In this document: positions 60,358 through 64,000 of the stretch, one piece after another
How positions within the stretch are numbered: position 1 is the stretch's first letter
Layout of the letters: every line of letters starts with the position of its first letter
From: Mobula hypostoma
Taxonomy: Eukaryota
DNA: 64,000 bases
Direction: 5' to 3'
Assembly: GCF_963921235.1 (NCBI RefSeq)
Contig: NC_086097.1
Span: forward strand, 930,001 to 994,000
Program-made: the position numbers and the translations under genes
Notes under the pieces: model-generated
Database searches by the model: none
The model's input: only the letters and a program-made list of their open reading frames with translations
Told to the model about the DNA's origin: nothing

Positions 60358-60759
60358 TGTGAAACTGCAACATAATGTCCGATCTCTTGTACTCGATGCC
60401 CTGAACGTTGAAGGCCGGAGTTCTAAATGCTCTTTTTTTTTTATCACTTGTGTACTTGTGATTCCGCTTTCAACAACCATGTTCAAATGCAAAGGATTTA
60501 GAGACAAGAGATCGCAGATGCTGGAACCTGAAGCATAAGCATATTCTGGAGCATCACACAGAGCGATGGAGGAATAGGTGTCTGTGGAGGGAAACAGTTG
60601 ATGTTTTCAGTCCTTCACCTGGACTGGTCAACAGATTTTCAGCCCAAGGATAATATGGGAATGGCCAACGGTTCCTAAACACATTGCAACATCATAACCT
60701 GAATGCATGAATCCAGATACAGAAATTTACAATTTTTTCCAATCCCACCAACCCAACAG

Positions 60760-61320
60760 GTGACACACATCAAAGTTGCTGGTGAACGCAGCAGGCCAGG
60801 CAGCATCTCTAGGAAGAGGTACAGTCGACGTTTCAGGCCGAGACCCTTCGTCAGGACTAACTGAAGGAAGAGTTAGTAAGAGATTTGAAAGTAGGAGGGG
60901 GAGGGGGAGATCCAAAATGATCGGAGAAGACAGGAGGGGGAGGGATGGAGCCAAGAGCTGGACAGTTGATTGGCAAAAGGAATATGAGAGGATCATGGGA
61001 CAGGAGGCCCAGGGAGAAGGAAAAGTGGGGGGGGGGACCCAGAGGATGGGCAAGGGGTATAGTCAGAGGGACAGAGGGAGAAAAAGGAGAGTGAGAGAAA
61101 GAATGTGTACATAAATAATGGATGGGGTACAAGGGGGAGGTGGGGCATTAGCGGAAGTTAGAGAAGTCAATGTTCATGCTATCAGGTTGGAGGCTACCCA
61201 GACGGAATATAAGGTGTTGTTCCTCCAACATGAGTGTGGCTTCATCTTTACAGTAGAGGAGGCTGTGGATAGACATGTCCGAATGGGAATGGGACGTGGA
61301 ATTAAAATGTGTGGCCACTT
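60760..61320 (-). mobile_element. Penelope-like element 3' fragment with hammerhead motif
   Basis: Same family as 27660-27945 and 43830-44312; CTGACGA...GAAACGTC core. Confidence 0.7.
60822..60859 (-). ncRNA. Minimal type I hammerhead ribozyme motif
   Basis: UAGUC-CUGACGA-AGG(gucucgg)CCU-GAAA-CG-UC-GACUG: stem I, intact core, stem II, minimal stem III. Confidence 0.6.
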
Positions 61321-61477
61321 CAGGATCTCCCAGTGGAGGCTGAGGGGTGACAAGAAAGGTACATAAAATTACAAGAGGCCTAGAAATGGCAGACTGTCAT
61401 CGGACTATAAGACTTCAGAGCAGAATTAGGCCATTCAGCCCAACGAGTCTTCTCTGCCATTCCATCACGACCGATTT

Positions 61478-63330
61478 GAACATAAAATAGTAAAGCACAG
61501 TACAGGCTCTTCGGCCCACAATGTTGTGCCGACCCTCAAACCCTGCCTCTCATATAACCCCCCACCTTAAATTCCTCCATGTACCTGTCTAGTAGTCTCT
61601 TAAACTTCACTAGTGTATCTGCCTCCACCACTGACTCAGGCAGTGCATTCCACCACCAACCACTGAATAAAAAACCTTCCTCTAATATCCCCCTTGAACT
61701 TCCCACCCCTTACCTTAAAGCCATGTCCTCTTGTATTGAGCAGTGGTGCCCTGGGGAAGAGGCGCTGGCTATCCACTCCATCTATTCCTCTTATTATCTT
61801 GTACACCTCTATCATGTCTCCTCTCATCCTCCTTCTCTCCAAAGAGTAAAGCCCTAGCTCCCTTAATCTCTGATCATAATGCATACACTCTAAACCAGGC
61901 AGCATTCTGGATACACACATCAAAGTTGCTGGTGAACGCAGCAGGCCAGGCAGCATCTCTAGGAAGAGGTACAGTCGACGTTTCAGGCCGAATTTCCTCT
62001 GTACCCTGTCCAATGCTTCCAAATCCTTCCTATAGTGAGGCGACCAGAACTGTACACATTACTCCAAGTGTGGCCTAACCAGAGTATTATAGAGCTGCAT
62101 CATTACATCGCGACTCTTACACTCTATCCCTTGACTTATGAAAGCTAACAACCCATAAGATTTCTTAACTACCCTATCCACCTGTGAGGCAACTTTCAGG
62201 GATCTGTGGACATGTACCCCCAGATCCCTCTGCTCCTCCACACTACCAAGTATCCTGCCATTTACTTTGTACTGTGCCTTGGAGTTTGTCCTTCCAAAGT
62301 GTACCACCTCACACTTCTCCGGGTTGAACTCCATCTGCCACTTCTCAGCCCACTTCTGCATCCTATCAATGTCTCTCTGCAACCTTTGACAATCCTCTAC
62401 ACTATCTACAACACCACCAACCTTTGTGTCATCTGCAAACTTGCCAATCCACCCTTCTACCCTCACATCCAGGTCATTAATAAAAATCACTAAAAATAGA
62501 GGTCCCAGAACAAATCCTTGTGGGAAACCACTAGTCACAACCTTCCAATCTGAATGTACTCCCTCCACCATGACCCTCTGCCTTCTGCAGGCAAGCCAGT
62601 TCTGAATCCACCTGGCCAAACTTCCCTGGATCCCGTGCCTTCTGACTTTCTGAATAAGCCTACCGTGTGGAACCTTGTCAAGTGCCTTACTAAAATCCAT
62701 GTAGATCACATCCACTGCACTATGCTCATCTATATGCCTGGTCACCTCCTCAAAGAACTCTGTCAGGCTTGTTAGACACGATCTGCCCTTCACAAAGCCA
62801 TGCTGACTGTCCCTGATCAGACCATGATTCTCTAAATGCCCAGAGATCATATCTCTAAGAATCTTTTCCAACAGCTTTCCCACCACAGACATAAGGCTCA
62901 CTAGTCTATAATTACCTGAACTATCCCTACTACCTTTTTTGAACAAGGGGACAACATTCGCCTCCCTCCAGTCCTCCGGTACCATTCCTGTGGACAACGA
63001 GGACATAAAGATCCTAGCCAGAGGCTCAGCAATCTCTTCCCTCGCCTCTGGGAGTAGCCTGAGGAATATTCCATCAGGCCCCGGGGACTTACCCGTCCCA
63101 ATGTATTTTAACAACTCCAACACCTCCACTCCCTTAATATCAACATGCTCCAGAAAATCTACCTCACTCATATTGTCCTCACCATCATCAAGTTCCCTCT
63201 CATTGGTGAATACCGAAGAGAAGTATTCATTGAGGATCGCGCTCACTTCCACAGCCTCCAGGCACATCTTCCCACCTTTATCTCTAATCGGTCCTACCTT
63301 CACTCCTGTCATCCTCTTTTTCTTCACATT
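61478..63330 (-). mobile_element. Young 5'-truncated CR1
   Basis: 422-aa ORF 62059-63327 with RT motifs; 3' end at about 61480. Confidence 0.93.
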
Positions 63331-63334
63331 ATTA

Positions 63335-64000
63335 TCCCTTTAAACCCCTTTCTCCCGTCTTCTCCCCATAATCTTTGGCCCTCTGATTAATCAAGAACCT
63401 TTCAACCTCTGTTTTAAATATACCAAAAGAGTAGGCCTCCAAAGCCATTTGTGGCAATAAATTCCAAAGATTCACCACCCTCTGGCTAATGGATGTCCCT
63501 CTATTCTGAGGCTATGTCCTCTGCTCCTAAACTCCCCCACTATAAGACATCTATCGCTGCCTTAAACACACCCAATGACTTGGCCTCCACAGCCATCTGT
63601 GGCAACAAATTCCACAGATTTACCACCCTTTGATTAAAGTAATTTCTCTGCATCTCAATTCTAAATAGACATCCTTCAGTCCTGAAGTTGTGCCCTCTTT
63701 TCCTAGACCCCTCTACCATGGGAAATAACTTTGCCATATCTAATCTGTTCAGGCCTTTCAACCTTCGGAATGTTTCTATGAGATCCCCCCTCATTCTCCT
63801 GAACTCCAGGGAATACAGCCCAAGAGCTGACAGACGTTCCTCATACAGTAACCTTTTCGTTGCTGGAATCATTCTTGTGAATCTTCTCTGAACCCTCTCC
63901 AATGTCAGTATATCCTTTCTAAAATAAGGAGCCCAAAACTGCACACAATACTCCAAGTGTGGTCTCACAAGTGCCTTATAGAGCCTCAACACCACATCCC
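63335..64000 (-). mobile_element. CR1 3' fragments
   Basis: ORF 63540-63995 ([11 protein letters not shown]...QRVVNLWN). Confidence 0.88.

Overview
Eukaryotic, repeat-dense vertebrate DNA; the repeat families suggest a cartilaginous fish (inference). The window holds one complete spliced gene, EIF2B2 (eIF2B beta; + strand, 8 coding exons, 24467-50980, 346 aa, all GT-AG introns). It also holds a probable final coding exon and poly(A) signal of MLH3 on the - strand (59116-59187), tail-to-tail as in human. Nearly everything else is transposon-derived: many nested, decayed CR1 LINEs (esterase ORF1, APE-RT ORF2), Rex1/Babar-type LINE fragments, a tRNA-derived SINE with TSD, a nested hAT pair next to the promoter, a non-autonomous Helitron, two probable solo LTRs, Penelope-like fragments and several minisatellites including a 4.7 kb intronic array. 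Most notable observations: a conserved T_TTA_AAC slippery heptamer at the ORF1/ORF2 junction of six CR1 copies (candidate -1 frameshift), minimal hammerhead ribozyme motifs in Penelope-like fragments, and local templated duplications. I found no convincing wholly new gene system. TE boundaries are approximate unless a TSD/TIR is cited, and family names come from motif recognition, not database searches.
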